A stretch of DNA of 32,000 nt from Schaalia odontolytica. GTDB lineage: Bacteria; Actinomycetota; Actinomycetes; Actinomycetales; Actinomycetaceae. The translations under genes and the position numbers were made by a program. This document shows, in pieces, positions 1 to 8,566 of the stretch. The stretch spans positions 570,001 through 602,000 of the forward strand of contig NZ_CP040006.1 of the NCBI RefSeq assembly GCF_005696695.1, read 5' to 3'. How positions within the stretch are numbered: position 1 is the stretch's first letter; each line of letters opens with the position of its first letter. The notes under the pieces are model-generated. The model saw only the letters and a list, made by a program, of their open reading frames with translations, did no database searches and was not told the origin of the DNA.

Positions 1-1
1 C

Positions 2-1318
2 ACCCTCGAGCAGCGCCGCGTCCTGGCCGCCGAGGCCTTCGCCCACACGGCGACCTACGACCTGGCGATCGCCGGCTGGCTGGCCGACGAGCTGGATCTT
101 GAGGACGTGCGCGAGACCCTTGACGATGCCGCCGAGACCCACCTGGACGCCTCCGACGCGGCGTTCTTGGAGTCCCTGGGCTACCAGGCCGAGGAAGACT
201 ACGTGGTGGAGGCCCCCGAGGAGGAGGGGCAGGCCTCGGGCATGCCCGTGTTCGTCGCCGACGCGTTCGAGCGTGTGGAGTCGCTGCGCTACGGCGAGAA
301 CCCGCACCAGGGTGCGGCCGTCTACCGTGAGATCGATGAGTCCTTCGAGGACGAGGAGGCCGACGACGAGGCCTTGGCCCCGGGCATCGCGAATGCGCGC
401 CAGCTGCATGGCAAGGCCATGAGCTACAACAACTACACGGATGGCGACGCCGCCCTGCGCGCCGCCTACGATCACGAGCGCCCCTGCGTCGCGATCATCA
501 AGCACGCGAACCCCTGCGGCATCGCGGTGGCTGACGATGTGGCCGAGGCGCACCGCCTCGCGCACGCCTGCGACCCCGTGTCGGCGTTCGGCGGCGTGAT
601 CGCCGTGAACCGCCCGGTGAGCGTGGAGCTGGCCCGCCAGATCGTCCCGATCTTCACCGAGGTCGTGCTGGCACCCGATTACGAGGAGGGCGCGCTCGAG
701 GTGCTGAGCACGAAGAAGAACCTGCGCGTCCTGCAGGTTGAGCCCCCGGCTCGCGGCTCGTACGAGTTCAAGCAGATCAGCGGCGGACTGCTGGTCCAGG
801 AGCGCGACGATATTGACGCGCCCGGCGATTCCCCGGAGAACTGGACGCTCGCGGCCGGCGCTCCCGCCGACGAGGCGACGCTGGCGGATCTGGAGTTCGC
901 GTGGCGCACGGTGCGCGCGGTGCGCTCGAACGCGATCCTGCTGGTTAAGGATGGCGCCTCGGTGGGTGTGGGCATGGGCCAGGTGAACCGCGTGGACTCC
1001 TGCAAGCTGGCGGTTGAGCGTGCGAACACGCTGGGCTCGCGCTCGACGGGTGATGCGGCGGCGTCCAACGTGGACAGTGCGGGCGGCGCTCGCGCGTCCG
1101 AGGTTGTGGCCGAGGCTCCCGAGCAGCGTTCCATCGGCGCGGTTGCGGCGTCGGATGCGTTCTTCCCCTTCGCGGATGGCCTGCAGGTGCTCATTGATGC
1201 GGGCGTGAAGGCTGTCGTTCAGCCCGGTGGTTCCGTGCGTGACCAGGAGTCGATCGACGCGGCGAACGCTGCGGGCATCACGATGTACCTGACGGGGACG
1301 CGCCACTTCGCGCACTGA
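2..1318 (+). CDS. purH: Bifunctional AICAR formyltransferase / IMP cyclohydrolase, 5'-truncated by the window edge
   Basis: Frame is open from base 2 ([26 protein letters not shown]...) into the 107..1318 ORF. PurH-like blocks present: [32 protein letters not shown]-terminal TGTRHFAH. Confidence 0.93.
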   Translation, partial: TLEQRRVLAAEAFAHTATYDLAIAGWLADELDLEDVRETLDDAAETHLDASDAAFLESLGYQAEEDYVVEAPEEEGQASGMPVFVADAFERVESLRYGENPHQGAAVYREIDESFEDEEADDEALAPGIANARQLHGKAMSYNNYTDGDAALRAAYDHERPCVAIIKHANPCGIAVADDVAEAHRLAHACDPVSAFGGVIAVNRPVSVELARQIVPIFTEVVLAPDYEEGALEVLSTKKNLRVLQVEPPARGSYEFKQISGGLLVQERDDIDAPGDSPENWTLAAGAPADEATLADLEFAWRTVRAVRSNAILLVKDGASVGVGMGQVNRVDSCKLAVERANTLGSRSTGDAAASNVDSAGGARASEVVAEAPEQRSIGAVAASDAFFPFADGLQVLIDAGVKAVVQPGGSVRDQESIDAANAAGITMYLTGTRHFAH

Positions 1319-1340
1319 TCATTCCTGTTCATGGGCTCCA

Positions 1341-1371
1341 GGGGGCGAGCGCCGGTGTGGCGCTCGCCCCC
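1341..1371 (+). terminator. Intrinsic-terminator-like hairpin after purH
   Basis: Perfect 13-bp stem GGGGGCGAGCGCC / GGCGCTCGCCCCC with 5-nt loop GGTGT, 23 nt after the purH stop. No U-tract, which is common in high-GC actinobacteria. Confidence 0.6.
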
Positions 1372-1391
1372 TGAGATCTGTGCCCGTGTGC

Positions 1392-1433
1392 TTGACAGGG
1401 GAGTGGCGGACAGCATATTGTTCAATTGTTGAA
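1392..1433 (+). promoter_or_regulatory. Putative bioY promoter with overlapping short inverted repeat
   Basis: TTGACA (1392-1397), 18-nt spacer, TATTGT (1416-1421). TTCAA-TTG-TTGAA inverted repeat at 1421-1433 sits at the predicted transcript start. GAAAGG Shine-Dalgarno lies 6 nt before ATG 1467. Confidence 0.4.
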
Positions 1434-1466
1434 TGAAAGGCTGTTAGCCCTGTTGAAAGGTGTCGT

Positions 1467-2051
1467 ATGACCACCCTGACCGCTTCCCCCGTCGCCGCGC
1501 GTGAGAACCGTGTTCTCGCCGACCGCCTCGGTGGCACGATCGCCCGCGAGATCGCCCTGGTGGCGGCTGGCACGATCGCCATGATCGTCCTCGCCCGCAT
1601 CTCGATCCCGCTGCCCTTCACGCCCGTGCCCGTCTCGCTCGGCACGCTGGGTGCCCTCTCGGTCGGCACGGCCCTCGGCGCGCGCCGAGGCCTCGTCTCC
1701 GTCGCTTCGTATGCCCTTCTCGGTATTGTGGGTGTCCCGGTCTTCACCGGCACGAACGTCGGCTGGGCCTTCGCGTCCTTCGGCTACATCCTCGGCTACC
1801 TCCTCGTCGCTGCGATTGCTGGCCTGGCGGCCCAGCGCGGCGCCGACCGTCGCATTGTTACCATGGCGCCGACCGCCGTCGTGTCCCTGTTCTCCGTGTA
1901 CATCCTGGGCCTGGCCTGGATGATCCCCTTCGCGCACATGACCCTCGAGCAGGGTCTGATGAAGGGCTTCGTGCCCTTCATCATCGGCGACCTGGTGAAG
2001 GCCGCCGTGGCCACCGGTGCCTTCCCGGTGCTGCGCTCTATCTTCCGCTGA
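1467..2051 (+). CDS. bioY: Biotin transporter S-component (ECF-type BioY)
   Basis: 194-aa polytopic membrane protein with BioY-like blocks: PFTPVPVSLGTLGALSVGTALG, GYILGYLL, PFIIGDLVKA. Confidence 0.85.
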   Translation: MTTLTASPVAARENRVLADRLGGTIAREIALVAAGTIAMIVLARISIPLPFTPVPVSLGTLGALSVGTALGARRGLVSVASYALLGIVGVPVFTGTNVGWAFASFGYILGYLLVAAIAGLAAQRGADRRIVTMAPTAVVSLFSVYILGLAWMIPFAHMTLEQGLMKGFVPFIIGDLVKAAVATGAFPVLRSIFR

Positions 2052-2077
2052 GCCGCGCGCTCCAGCGCAACGCGAGT

Positions 2078-2106
2078 CGGCCTCGTCCCCATGAGGGGCG
2101 GGGCCG
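2078..2106 (+). terminator. Hairpin after bioY, member of the CGGCCTCGTCCC hairpin family
   Basis: CGGCCTCGTCCCC - loop ATGA - GGGGCGGGGCCG. Stem of 4+8 bp with one bulged T and one G-U pair, 27 nt after the bioY stop. Confidence 0.5.
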
Positions 2107-2201
2107 TCGCCGTATCCGGCGTGCGCAGTGGTGACATGCGTAATGGAGCGCGACGGGGCGGGGCGCGCGCGGGTACCATTGGCAGGGTGAACGCTTCTGA
2201 C

Positions 2202-3758
2202 ATGCATCCCGTCCTCGTCGTCGACTTCGGCGCGCAGTATGCCCAGCTGATCGCACGCCGCGTGCGTGAGGCTAACGTCTACTCCGAGATCGTCCCCCAC
2301 ACCATGAGCGTGGCGGACATGCTCGCCAAGGAGCCCGCCGCCATCATCCTGTCCGGCGGCCCGTCCTCCGTCTACGAGGAGGGTGCGCCCTCCGTCGATC
2401 CCGCTATCTTCGAGGCCGGTGTGCCCGTGCTGGGCATCTGCTACGGCTTCCAGACGATGGCCCACGCCCTCGGCGGCACCGTCGGTCGCACGGGCACCCG
2501 CGAGTATGGGCACACCGAGGCCACCGTGGCTGGTGACTCCTGCCTGTTCGGCGGCACCCCCGACGACCAGATCGTGTGGATGAGCCACGGTGACGCCGTC
2601 CAGGGCGCGCCCGAGGGCTTCACCGTCACCGCCTCCACCACCGAGACCCCCGTCGCGGCCTTCGAGTCGCGCGAGCGTCGCCTCTACGGCCTGCAGTGGC
2701 ACCCCGAGGTGGGCCACTCCCAGTTCGGCCAGGACGCGCTGAAGAACTTCCTCTACGAGGGTGCCGGCCTGGAACCCACGTGGACCGCCGGTTCCATCGT
2801 GGACGAGCAGGTCGAGAAGATCCGCGAGCAGGTCGGCGACGCGCAGGTCATCTGCGCCCTGTCCGGCGGCGTGGACTCCTCCGTGGCCGCGGCCCTCGTG
2901 CACAAGGCTGTCGGCGACCAGCTCACCTGCTTCTTCATCGATCACGGCCTGCTGCGCGCGGGCGAGCGTGAGCAGGTTGAGAACGATTACGCGCGCGGTA
3001 TGGGTATCCGCGTCATCACGTGCGACGAGTCCGAGCGCTTCCTGTCCGCCCTGGCCGGCGTCACCGAGCCCGAGGCGAAGCGTAAGATCATCGGCCGTGA
3101 GTTCATCCGCTCCTTCGAGGCCGCCCAGAAGCAGGTCATCGAAGAGGTTGGTGCCGCCGGCGGCGAGGTGAAGTTCCTCGTCCAGGGCACCCTGTACCCC
3201 GACGTCGTCGAGTCCGGCGGCGGCGAGGGCGCGGCCAACATCAAGAGCCATCACAACGTGGGTGGCCTGCCCGAGGATATGACCTTCGAGCTGGTCGAGC
3301 CCCTGCGTACCCTCTTCAAGGACGAGGTGCGCGCGGTTGGCCGCGAGCTGGGCCTGCCCGACTACCTGGTGAACCGTCAGCCCTTCCCGGGCCCCGGCCT
3401 CGGCATTCGCATCATCGGCGAGGTCACGCGCGAGCGCCTGGACATCCTGCGCGCCGCCGACCTGATCGCCCGCGAGGAACTCACGGCGGCCGGCCTGGAT
3501 CAGGAGATCTGGCAGTGCCCGGTCGTCCTGCTCGCCGACGTTCGTTCCGTGGGCGTCCAGGGCGATGGCCGCACCTACGGCCACCCGATCGTGCTGCGCC
3601 CCGTGTCCTCCGAGGACGCGATGACGGCCGACTGGACGCGCCTGCCCTACGACGTCCTGGCCCGCATCTCCACGCGCATCACCAACTCGGTGCCCGAGGT
3701 CAACCGCGTCGTCCTCGACGTGACCTCCAAGCCCCCGGCCACCATCGAGTGGGAGTGA
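2202..3758 (+). CDS. guaA: Glutamine-hydrolysing GMP synthase
   Basis: [44 protein letters not shown] (ATP-PPase loop), C-terminal KPPATIEWE. The track ORF starts at 2091, but homologous sequence begins at ATG 2202. In-frame GTG 2187 is an alternative start. Confidence 0.95.
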   Translation: MHPVLVVDFGAQYAQLIARRVREANVYSEIVPHTMSVADMLAKEPAAIILSGGPSSVYEEGAPSVDPAIFEAGVPVLGICYGFQTMAHALGGTVGRTGTREYGHTEATVAGDSCLFGGTPDDQIVWMSHGDAVQGAPEGFTVTASTTETPVAAFESRERRLYGLQWHPEVGHSQFGQDALKNFLYEGAGLEPTWTAGSIVDEQVEKIREQVGDAQVICALSGGVDSSVAAALVHKAVGDQLTCFFIDHGLLRAGEREQVENDYARGMGIRVITCDESERFLSALAGVTEPEAKRKIIGREFIRSFEAAQKQVIEEVGAAGGEVKFLVQGTLYPDVVESGGGEGAANIKSHHNVGGLPEDMTFELVEPLRTLFKDEVRAVGRELGLPDYLVNRQPFPGPGLGIRIIGEVTRERLDILRAADLIAREELTAAGLDQEIWQCPVVLLADVRSVGVQGDGRTYGHPIVLRPVSSEDAMTADWTRLPYDVLARISTRITNSVPEVNRVVLDVTSKPPATIEWE

Positions 3759-3790
3759 CGCTCATACCGATCTGAGCTCGCAGACTGATA

Positions 3791-3830
3791 GCCCCGGCCT
3801 CGTCCCTGTTTTGTGGGATGAGGCCGGGGC
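3791..3830 (+). terminator. guaA terminator hairpin, GC-rich hairpin family
   Basis: GCCCCGGCCTCGTCCC - loop TGTTTTGT - GGGATGAGGCCGGGGC. 16-bp stem with one G-U pair, 33 nt after the guaA stop. Confidence 0.7.
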
Positions 3831-3845
3831 TCGGTCGTACGTTTG

Positions 3846-3861
3846 CGAGGCCTAGGCCTCG
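3846..3861. repeat. 16-bp perfect palindrome overlapping the stop codon of the 3852..4397 gene
   Basis: CGAGGCCTAGGCCTCG is its own reverse complement. It may act as a minus-strand terminator, and it reuses the GAGGCC/GGCCTC core of the hairpin family. Confidence 0.3.
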
Positions 3862-4397
3862 GGCGAGGGGATTGCTGCGGCGGGCTGGCGTGCGGCATCC
3901 CGTGCGCGCAGGTGCATGTAGAGCTTGTAGGACGAGACCAAGTCGGCCACGGGGAAGAACTGCATGGGGATGTGGAGCTTTGTCGCCTTCGGGTTGCTGA
4001 GGCCCTGGTTGCGGGCGCGAATCGCGGCGGTGATGCCGTAGCCCGATGAGATGAGGAGGCTCAGGTAGGCCAGGCCAAGCCATTCGTAGATGAAGCGTAA
4101 TGACTCGAAGAAGTCGTGGGGGGAGAGGAATAAGTAGACCAGTACATATGAGTACTGCAGAAGGGGCAAGCTGAATGGGAGAAGGACAATTTTCAGCAGT
4201 AGGCTCCGCAATGCCAGTGCGCGCGGGCTCTCATCACGGCACAGCCAGAAGAGAGAGATCAGATTTGCCGCTGCGGCAACCGCAAACAAGGCGAGCCACA
4301 TGTTCCAGGTCAATCCGAATCCAATGCGGTAGCTCTGGTCGCTATACGCGGCTATGACAAGGAGGATGGGGGCTACGATGCGGAGAACCTTGGACAT
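3852..4397 (-). CDS. Unknown polytopic membrane protein, paralog A
   Basis: 181 aa with about 5 hydrophobic helices in an AT-shifted region. Shares blocks with the 4474..5022 product: APILLVIAAY, ANLISLFWLCRDESPRALAL..LLLKIVLLP, SSGYGITAA, DLVSS. Confidence 0.75.
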   Translation of the reverse strand: MSKVLRIVAPILLVIAAYSDQSYRIGFGLTWNMWLALFAVAAAANLISLFWLCRDESPRALALRSLLLKIVLLPFSLPLLQYSYVLVYLFLSPHDFFESLRFIYEWLGLAYLSLLISSGYGITAAIRARNQGLSNPKATKLHIPMQFFPVADLVSSYKLYMHLRARDAARQPAAAIPSPEA

Positions 4398-4423
4398 GTG
4401 GCGCCTACTTTCTGTCGACGTCT

Positions 4424-4460
4424 CGCCTGTGTCGTGAATATATCATCATGGCCACAGGCG
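4424..4460 (-). repeat. Intercistronic inverted repeat between the two paralogous membrane-protein genes
   Basis: CGCCTGTG (4424-4431) pairs with CACAGGCG (4453-4460) around a 21-nt AT-rich loop, inside the 76-nt gap between the two genes. Confidence 0.3.
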
Positions 4461-4473
4461 GGGCGTCCGGCGC

Positions 4474-5022
4474 TCAGGATTCCGAGGCGGCGGCCGAGGC
4501 GGGCTTATTCGCCCGGTGCAGAAGGATGCATAGCCAGATGCTGGAGATGAGATCGGTAAACGGTAGGCAGTGCATCGTGATGTACCTGCGCTTTGAGGAG
4601 GTGTTGAGGAGTCCCTCCGTGTTGGCGTGATGCGCTGCGGCTATGCCGTACTGAGAACTCGTCAGCAGTAGTGCGTACATGCCGCAAATGGGCGTGAACA
4701 GGTAGCCGATGGCTAGCACGAGGTACGGGGGAGCTATGAGGCATGCGGCAAGGAATGCTGCGAAGGGGAGAAAACCGATGTAGAGGGGGAGGAGGCCTAG
4801 CTTGAGGAGTAGCCCCCACAGGGCGAGCGAGCGTGCACTGGCGTCGCGCTGAAGCCATAGGGTGCTCACGAGGTTCGCCAGGCCAGCGATCAGGATGGCG
4901 ATGATCCACACGGCGTCGCCGGTGCCCGCGAGGCTGTGCTGGAGCATGAGCTCGGCGCCACCGCCGATGTAAGCCGCGAGAATCAAAAGGATGGGTGCGG
5001 TGACACGTGCGATGGTGGACAT
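4474..5022 (-). CDS. Unknown polytopic membrane protein, paralog B
   Basis: 182 aa with blocks APILLILAAY, ANLVSTLWLQRDASARSLAL..LLLKLGLLP, SSQYGIAAA, DLISS. GAGGGG Shine-Dalgarno lies 6 nt before ATG 5022. The overlapping 4505..5035 ORF is a frame artefact. Confidence 0.75.
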   Translation of the reverse strand: MSTIARVTAPILLILAAYIGGGAELMLQHSLAGTGDAVWIIAILIAGLANLVSTLWLQRDASARSLALWGLLLKLGLLPLYIGFLPFAAFLAACLIAPPYLVLAIGYLFTPICGMYALLLTSSQYGIAAAHHANTEGLLNTSSKRRYITMHCLPFTDLISSIWLCILLHRANKPASAAASES

Positions 5023-5111
5023 GTGTACCCCTCATTCTGTTTGAAAGTTTGTAATAGTTGTGACTATGGTACCTCCTCTCGTTGAAGGCGAAAGCGGCAG
5101 TTATGCCACGC

Positions 5112-5146
5112 TTGATCTGAGGCTAGATTCTGGCCATAATTATGGC
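5112..5146 (+). promoter_or_regulatory. phd-doc promoter with palindromic operator candidate
   Basis: TTGATC (5112-5117), 17-nt spacer, CATAAT (5135-5140). Perfect 14-bp palindrome GCCATAATTATGGC (5133-5146) covers the -10 element. Confidence 0.5.
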
Positions 5147-5165
5147 TAAAGGAGATGGGAGTAGC

Positions 5166-5378
5166 ATGTCGACACTGACTATGGGACTCGCTGAGGCGAA
5201 GAATAACTTTTCGCGGGTGACAGCAGAGGTGAACAGGACGGGGAAGCCTGTCACGATCCTGAAGAACAATAGGCCTTGGGTCGTTATTCAGCCTGCGCAG
5301 CAGTCTGAGAGCGCGGTCGATGTCGCTGTCGATTTCATGGATGCCTACGCGGACGTGTTTGAAGAGCTCGCGAAGTGA
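5166..5378 (+). CDS. phd: Phd/YefM-type antitoxin
   Basis: MSTLTMGLAEAKNNFSRVTAEVNRTGKPVTILKNNRPWVVIQP matches the Phd/YefM N-terminal fold pattern. Its stop overlaps the doc start (GTGA). ATG 5142 lies inside the promoter palindrome, so ATG 5166, preceded by GGGAG, is preferred. Confidence 0.8.
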   Translation: MSTLTMGLAEAKNNFSRVTAEVNRTGKPVTILKNNRPWVVIQPAQQSESAVDVAVDFMDAYADVFEELAK

Positions 5379-5758
5379 CCGCTTTCGCGTTTTCCCGGGA
5401 CGATGTGTGTGCCATCCATTCGGCTACGATTGCTCGCTTCGGTGGTCTTGATGGCGTGCGAGACGAGGGAATGTTGGCCTCGGCTCTTGCTCAGCCGTTC
5501 CAGACGTTTGGGGGCGAGGAGCTCTATCCCAGTGCGGTCGAGAAAGCGTGTCGGTACGCTGTTGGGATCATTTCGGGGCATCCCTTCCTGGACGGAAATA
5601 AACGAACCGGTGCCGCTCTGCTAGGCACGTATCTCAGGATGTGCGGTCTTGGTTTCACGCCCGACCATGCGGAGTTCCTTTCGGCCATGCTGGGTGTAGC
5701 TGATGGGTCGATGGGATACGAGGAACTCGTGGACTGGGTGAGGATCAACGTGGGGTAA
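5375..5758 (+). CDS. doc: Doc (death-on-curing) Fic-fold toxin
   Basis: 127 aa with the Doc/Fic motif HPFLDGNKRTG. 4-nt GTGA overlap with the upstream antitoxin gene. Confidence 0.9.
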   Translation: MTAFAFSRDDVCAIHSATIARFGGLDGVRDEGMLASALAQPFQTFGGEELYPSAVEKACRYAVGIISGHPFLDGNKRTGAALLGTYLRMCGLGFTPDHAEFLSAMLGVADGSMGYEELVDWVRINVG

Positions 5759-5857
5759 TTGCTTTCGGGTTTTGTGTTGGTGATTCAGTGGCGGAGTATT
5801 CCGTGGAGTAGGGTTCGTCGTAGCGAAACGGCGGCCCCGAATCAAGGAGGATGACAC

Positions 5858-6727
5858 GTGGATCTGCTCGAATACATGCGCTCACAAAACGACATGACGC
5901 GCCAGGAATGGGAGCGCACCTTTGAGGAAGAGGCTAGGGAGCTTCTCGTTCTGCTCGCTGGAAGCAGTGGAGCTGGAAAGAGGAACGGCTTCTGGGAGGC
6001 CGCGCACTCCTATCTGGCGTACGTGGACTGGGAGACTGGCGCCCTATGTGCGGATGATGGTCGGCTGGTCTACCCAGTCAGCGATGAGGACAATGCCGCT
6101 GGCAACGTCTTGGGCCGCTTCCGTGACGAGGAGATCTACCGCGTCACGGCTCGCAAGAAGATCCCGCAAGAGCTCCCCGAGGGCATGAGCGCCTCCGCGC
6201 AGAACCGCCTCCTGATCGTGGAGGTCCTCGAAGAGAATCCTCCGTGCCCCGCGTTGGACGAGGTCCTGGCTGAGTATCGCAGGCCGGTAGTTCTCAAGGA
6301 TGAGGAGTTGGGTGAGCTGTCCCTCGACAAGGACCTCGACACGTTCGAGGGAGGTGTCTCGTGGCGGGGTGAGGACATCAACATCTCTCTGGAGGTTGAT
6401 TCGTCCAGCGAAGACACGTGGACCGCAGCCGTGGCCGCCATGAAGCAGATGGTGACCGATCAGGACCGGTGGGATCGCGACATGCGAGCGTTCGCCGCGC
6501 GAGAGCTGACCGGACTCGCGTGCGACTGGCGCGAGTCTGCCGACGAGGAGGTCCCCGAGATTACGGAAGAGAGCTTCGCACAGCGATTAGGTCTCACCAG
6601 TATCGCCATGGATCCGGACGGTTCATTTTCCGCATACTTCGATGATGACGATATGTTCTTCGGCCACTGCGTCGTGGTGTACGGAACCCTGGCCGATGGG
6701 GTGGCCTCGGCGGTGATGGCGGGTTAA
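5858..6727 (+). CDS. Acidic cytoplasmic protein, C-terminal half DUF2262-like by memory; function unknown
   Basis: GTG start 7 nt after AAGGAGG. 289 aa and strongly acidic. The C-terminal pattern (ITEESFAQRLGLTSIAMDPDGSFSAYFDDDDMFFGHCVVVYGTL.DG) resembles the DUF2262 family as I recall it. Confidence 0.6.
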   Translation: MDLLEYMRSQNDMTRQEWERTFEEEARELLVLLAGSSGAGKRNGFWEAAHSYLAYVDWETGALCADDGRLVYPVSDEDNAAGNVLGRFRDEEIYRVTARKKIPQELPEGMSASAQNRLLIVEVLEENPPCPALDEVLAEYRRPVVLKDEELGELSLDKDLDTFEGGVSWRGEDINISLEVDSSSEDTWTAAVAAMKQMVTDQDRWDRDMRAFAARELTGLACDWRESADEEVPEITEESFAQRLGLTSIAMDPDGSFSAYFDDDDMFFGHCVVVYGTLADGVASAVMAG

Positions 6728-6738
6728 GTGTCCTGCGC

Positions 6739-6773
6739 GCTGCTGCCGAAACAGTTGGTGCTTCGGCAGCAGC
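6739..6773. terminator. Bidirectional terminator hairpin between convergent genes
   Basis: Perfect 12-bp stem GCTGCTGCCGAA / TTCGGCAGCAGC with an 11-nt loop, lying between the stops at 6727 (+) and 6844 (-). Confidence 0.65.
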
Positions 6774-6843
6774 ACTCAGGTATACGGGTAGGGGAGTGGA
6801 GCCAGTTCTGGCCCTCACAAGCCTAAGATCGCTGCGCGCGCTG

Positions 6844-7689
6844 TCAGTTTTTGTGTGCGGTGATCGCAAACTGAAGGGGCAGGCGCTCTGGTTTGTCGCG
6901 AAGGTGCCAACCTCCAGCGGAATCCTGTTCCATGAGTTCGGGCCACGGACACCACGCCGCGCGCGGTGTCTCCTCAAGCTCATCGATCACCAAACCCGCG
7001 TTGATGAGAGCAGTAACGATTTGTCCAAGGGAGTGATTCCACTGGTGATTTGTCGTGTGAGTAATCCGCGGGGCATCGGGGCAATCCACGTAGCTTGAAT
7101 CGTCATTCCATGTCATCGGAGCATCCTGCTCGAAGTAGGGTGCCTCAATCTTTAGCCCGTCGGAAATATCCTCCCCAATTGTCATGAACATCGGGTGGTC
7201 ATCGCGGATGAAGAAGGTGCCGCCCGGCTTGAGCAGGGAAGCGATGACTTGTGCCCATCGGGCGATATCGGGCAGCCAGCATAGGACACCGATCGAGGTG
7301 TACACCAGATCGAAGGTGCCGGACACTGCTTGGCGCGCGTCGTACACGTTTGCGTGAACAAACTCCACGTCAGCGCCCGCGCGGTCGGCGATGTTGCGCG
7401 CGTGGGCAAGTGAGGCCTCGGACAGGTCGAGGCCGATGACACGCGAGGCCCCGCGGCGCGCAAAGCCGATTGTGTCCGTTCCGACGTGGCACTGCAGGTG
7501 GATGACATCTTTGCTGGTGAGATCGCCGAAGCGTTCGATATCTTGGGCCAGTTCGGTGCTAATGGCTGTCGGGTCCTCGAGAAGGCGCTGGTAGTCGTAG
7601 TAGTTGCCAGCCATGTGCAGCTCGGCGCGGTCGTCCCAGTTGTGTTCATTGTCAGAAAACCACTGTGTGAGGCTGTTCGTTTCGTTCAT
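6844..7689 (-). CDS. Class I SAM-dependent methyltransferase
   Basis: Motif I-like VIGLDLSEASL, plus FDLVYTSIGVLCWLPD and LLKPGGTFF. Start placed at ATG 7689 (MNETNSLTQWFSDNEHNWDDRAELH). The 30-aa extension to 7779 looks non-coding. No clear Shine-Dalgarno, so the start is uncertain. Confidence 0.8.
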   Translation of the reverse strand: MNETNSLTQWFSDNEHNWDDRAELHMAGNYYDYQRLLEDPTAISTELAQDIERFGDLTSKDVIHLQCHVGTDTIGFARRGASRVIGLDLSEASLAHARNIADRAGADVEFVHANVYDARQAVSGTFDLVYTSIGVLCWLPDIARWAQVIASLLKPGGTFFIRDDHPMFMTIGEDISDGLKIEAPYFEQDAPMTWNDDSSYVDCPDAPRITHTTNHQWNHSLGQIVTALINAGLVIDELEETPRAAWCPWPELMEQDSAGGWHLRDKPERLPLQFAITAHKN

Positions 7690-7901
7690 TTCGTTATTGT
7701 ATGCAGGTGGAATGTTGGGGAGGCGTGCTCCTCCGTGCCTCGGACCTATCGAGTCGATGCAGGAGGCGTCAGTGGGCATAGAGCGTGAGAGGGAACGCTA
7801 AGGGAGGATCTGATAGCGAGGCATACCCCGCCAAGCAGGGCGGGCCTCGTCAATGTCTGATGAGTTGCTGGTGGCAGTGGTGCGATCCCTAGTGCCCTCT
7901 G

Positions 7902-7941
7902 TTGACGAAGGGGCGCGCGCACCTATACTGAACAGTGTTCA
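7902..7941 (+). promoter_or_regulatory. TetR-gene promoter with TGAAC-N3-GTTCA operator candidate
   Basis: TTGACG (7902-7907), 16-nt spacer, TATACT (7924-7929). Inverted repeat TGAAC-AGT-GTTCA (7929-7941) abuts the -10 element. Confidence 0.45.
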
Positions 7942-7978
7942 TTATGGATTGTCGTAGGTAGTGAGACGGTAGGAAACA

Positions 7979-8566
7979 GTGCCCAAACAAGTGATCGACC
8001 CGGAGAAACTGGTCAGCCAGGCCTACGCCATCGCCTCGCGCGACGGCATCTCTGCGCTCTCCGTGCGCAAGGTCGCCAGCGCATGCGGCATCGCGGTCGG
8101 CTCGGTCTACGGCTACTTCCCGACCAAGGCGGACCTGACGGCCGCCGTGCTCACCCGCTTCTTCGAAGAGAATCTCTCCGACGAGCTGTGCGCCGTGCGC
8201 CTCGGTGAACGATTCACCTCCTATGTGCGGCGCTTCCGCGAGGCCCTGTGCGCTGCGCGCGCGGACATGAGCGTCGATTGGTTCGCCGAGATGCGTCGCC
8301 TCCCCAGCGCAGAACAGGAAGCCCTCGAAGCCGTGCGTGCCCCCATGCTCGCCCACATCGAGCGCGGGCTCGCGCGTGTCCTCGACGCGGACGAGGCCGT
8401 GGATCGCTGCCGACTCGTCGGCCCCATGAGTGTCGAGGCCCTGTGTCGCTACGTGCTGCGCAGTATCTTCGCTTCGCTCATGGAGGGCGGCGAGTGTGAG
8501 ACGCTGTTCGCCCTCCTCGACGCCGCCCTGTACGACGACACCGCAGACGAAAAGGAAGCAAAATAA
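7979..8566 (+). CDS. TetR/AcrR-family transcriptional regulator
   Basis: N-terminal HTH: ISALSVRKVASACGIAVGSVYGYFPTKADL. GTG start, 195 aa. Confidence 0.85.
   Translation: MPKQVIDPEKLVSQAYAIASRDGISALSVRKVASACGIAVGSVYGYFPTKADLTAAVLTRFFEENLSDELCAVRLGERFTSYVRRFREALCAARADMSVDWFAEMRRLPSAEQEALEAVRAPMLAHIERGLARVLDADEAVDRCRLVGPMSVEALCRYVLRSIFASLMEGGECETLFALLDAALYDDTADEKEAK

Noticed and set aside
2091-2201. N-terminal extensions in the ORF track: guaA from 2091, methyltransferase to 7779, GNAT from 10065, ABC ATPase to 14482, hemH from 14473, aldolase from 23234, protoglobin to 28350.
   Set aside because: The extensions are Arg/Gly-rich or non-homologous. They overlap terminators, promoters or neighbouring genes. 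Each is followed by an internal start with a better Shine-Dalgarno, where family similarity begins.
1422-3584. 720-aa minus-strand ORF antisense to bioY and guaA. Similar long antisense or off-frame ORFs occur at 14515..15831, 23768..25501, 28193..29449, 28281..30809, 25739..26572, 25744..26967 and 26814..27845.
   Set aside because: Their translations are low-complexity and Arg/Gly/Ala/Asp-rich, with no recognisable motifs. They lie opposite genes with unmistakable family signatures. Long stop-free antisense frames are an expected artefact of ~68% GC DNA.
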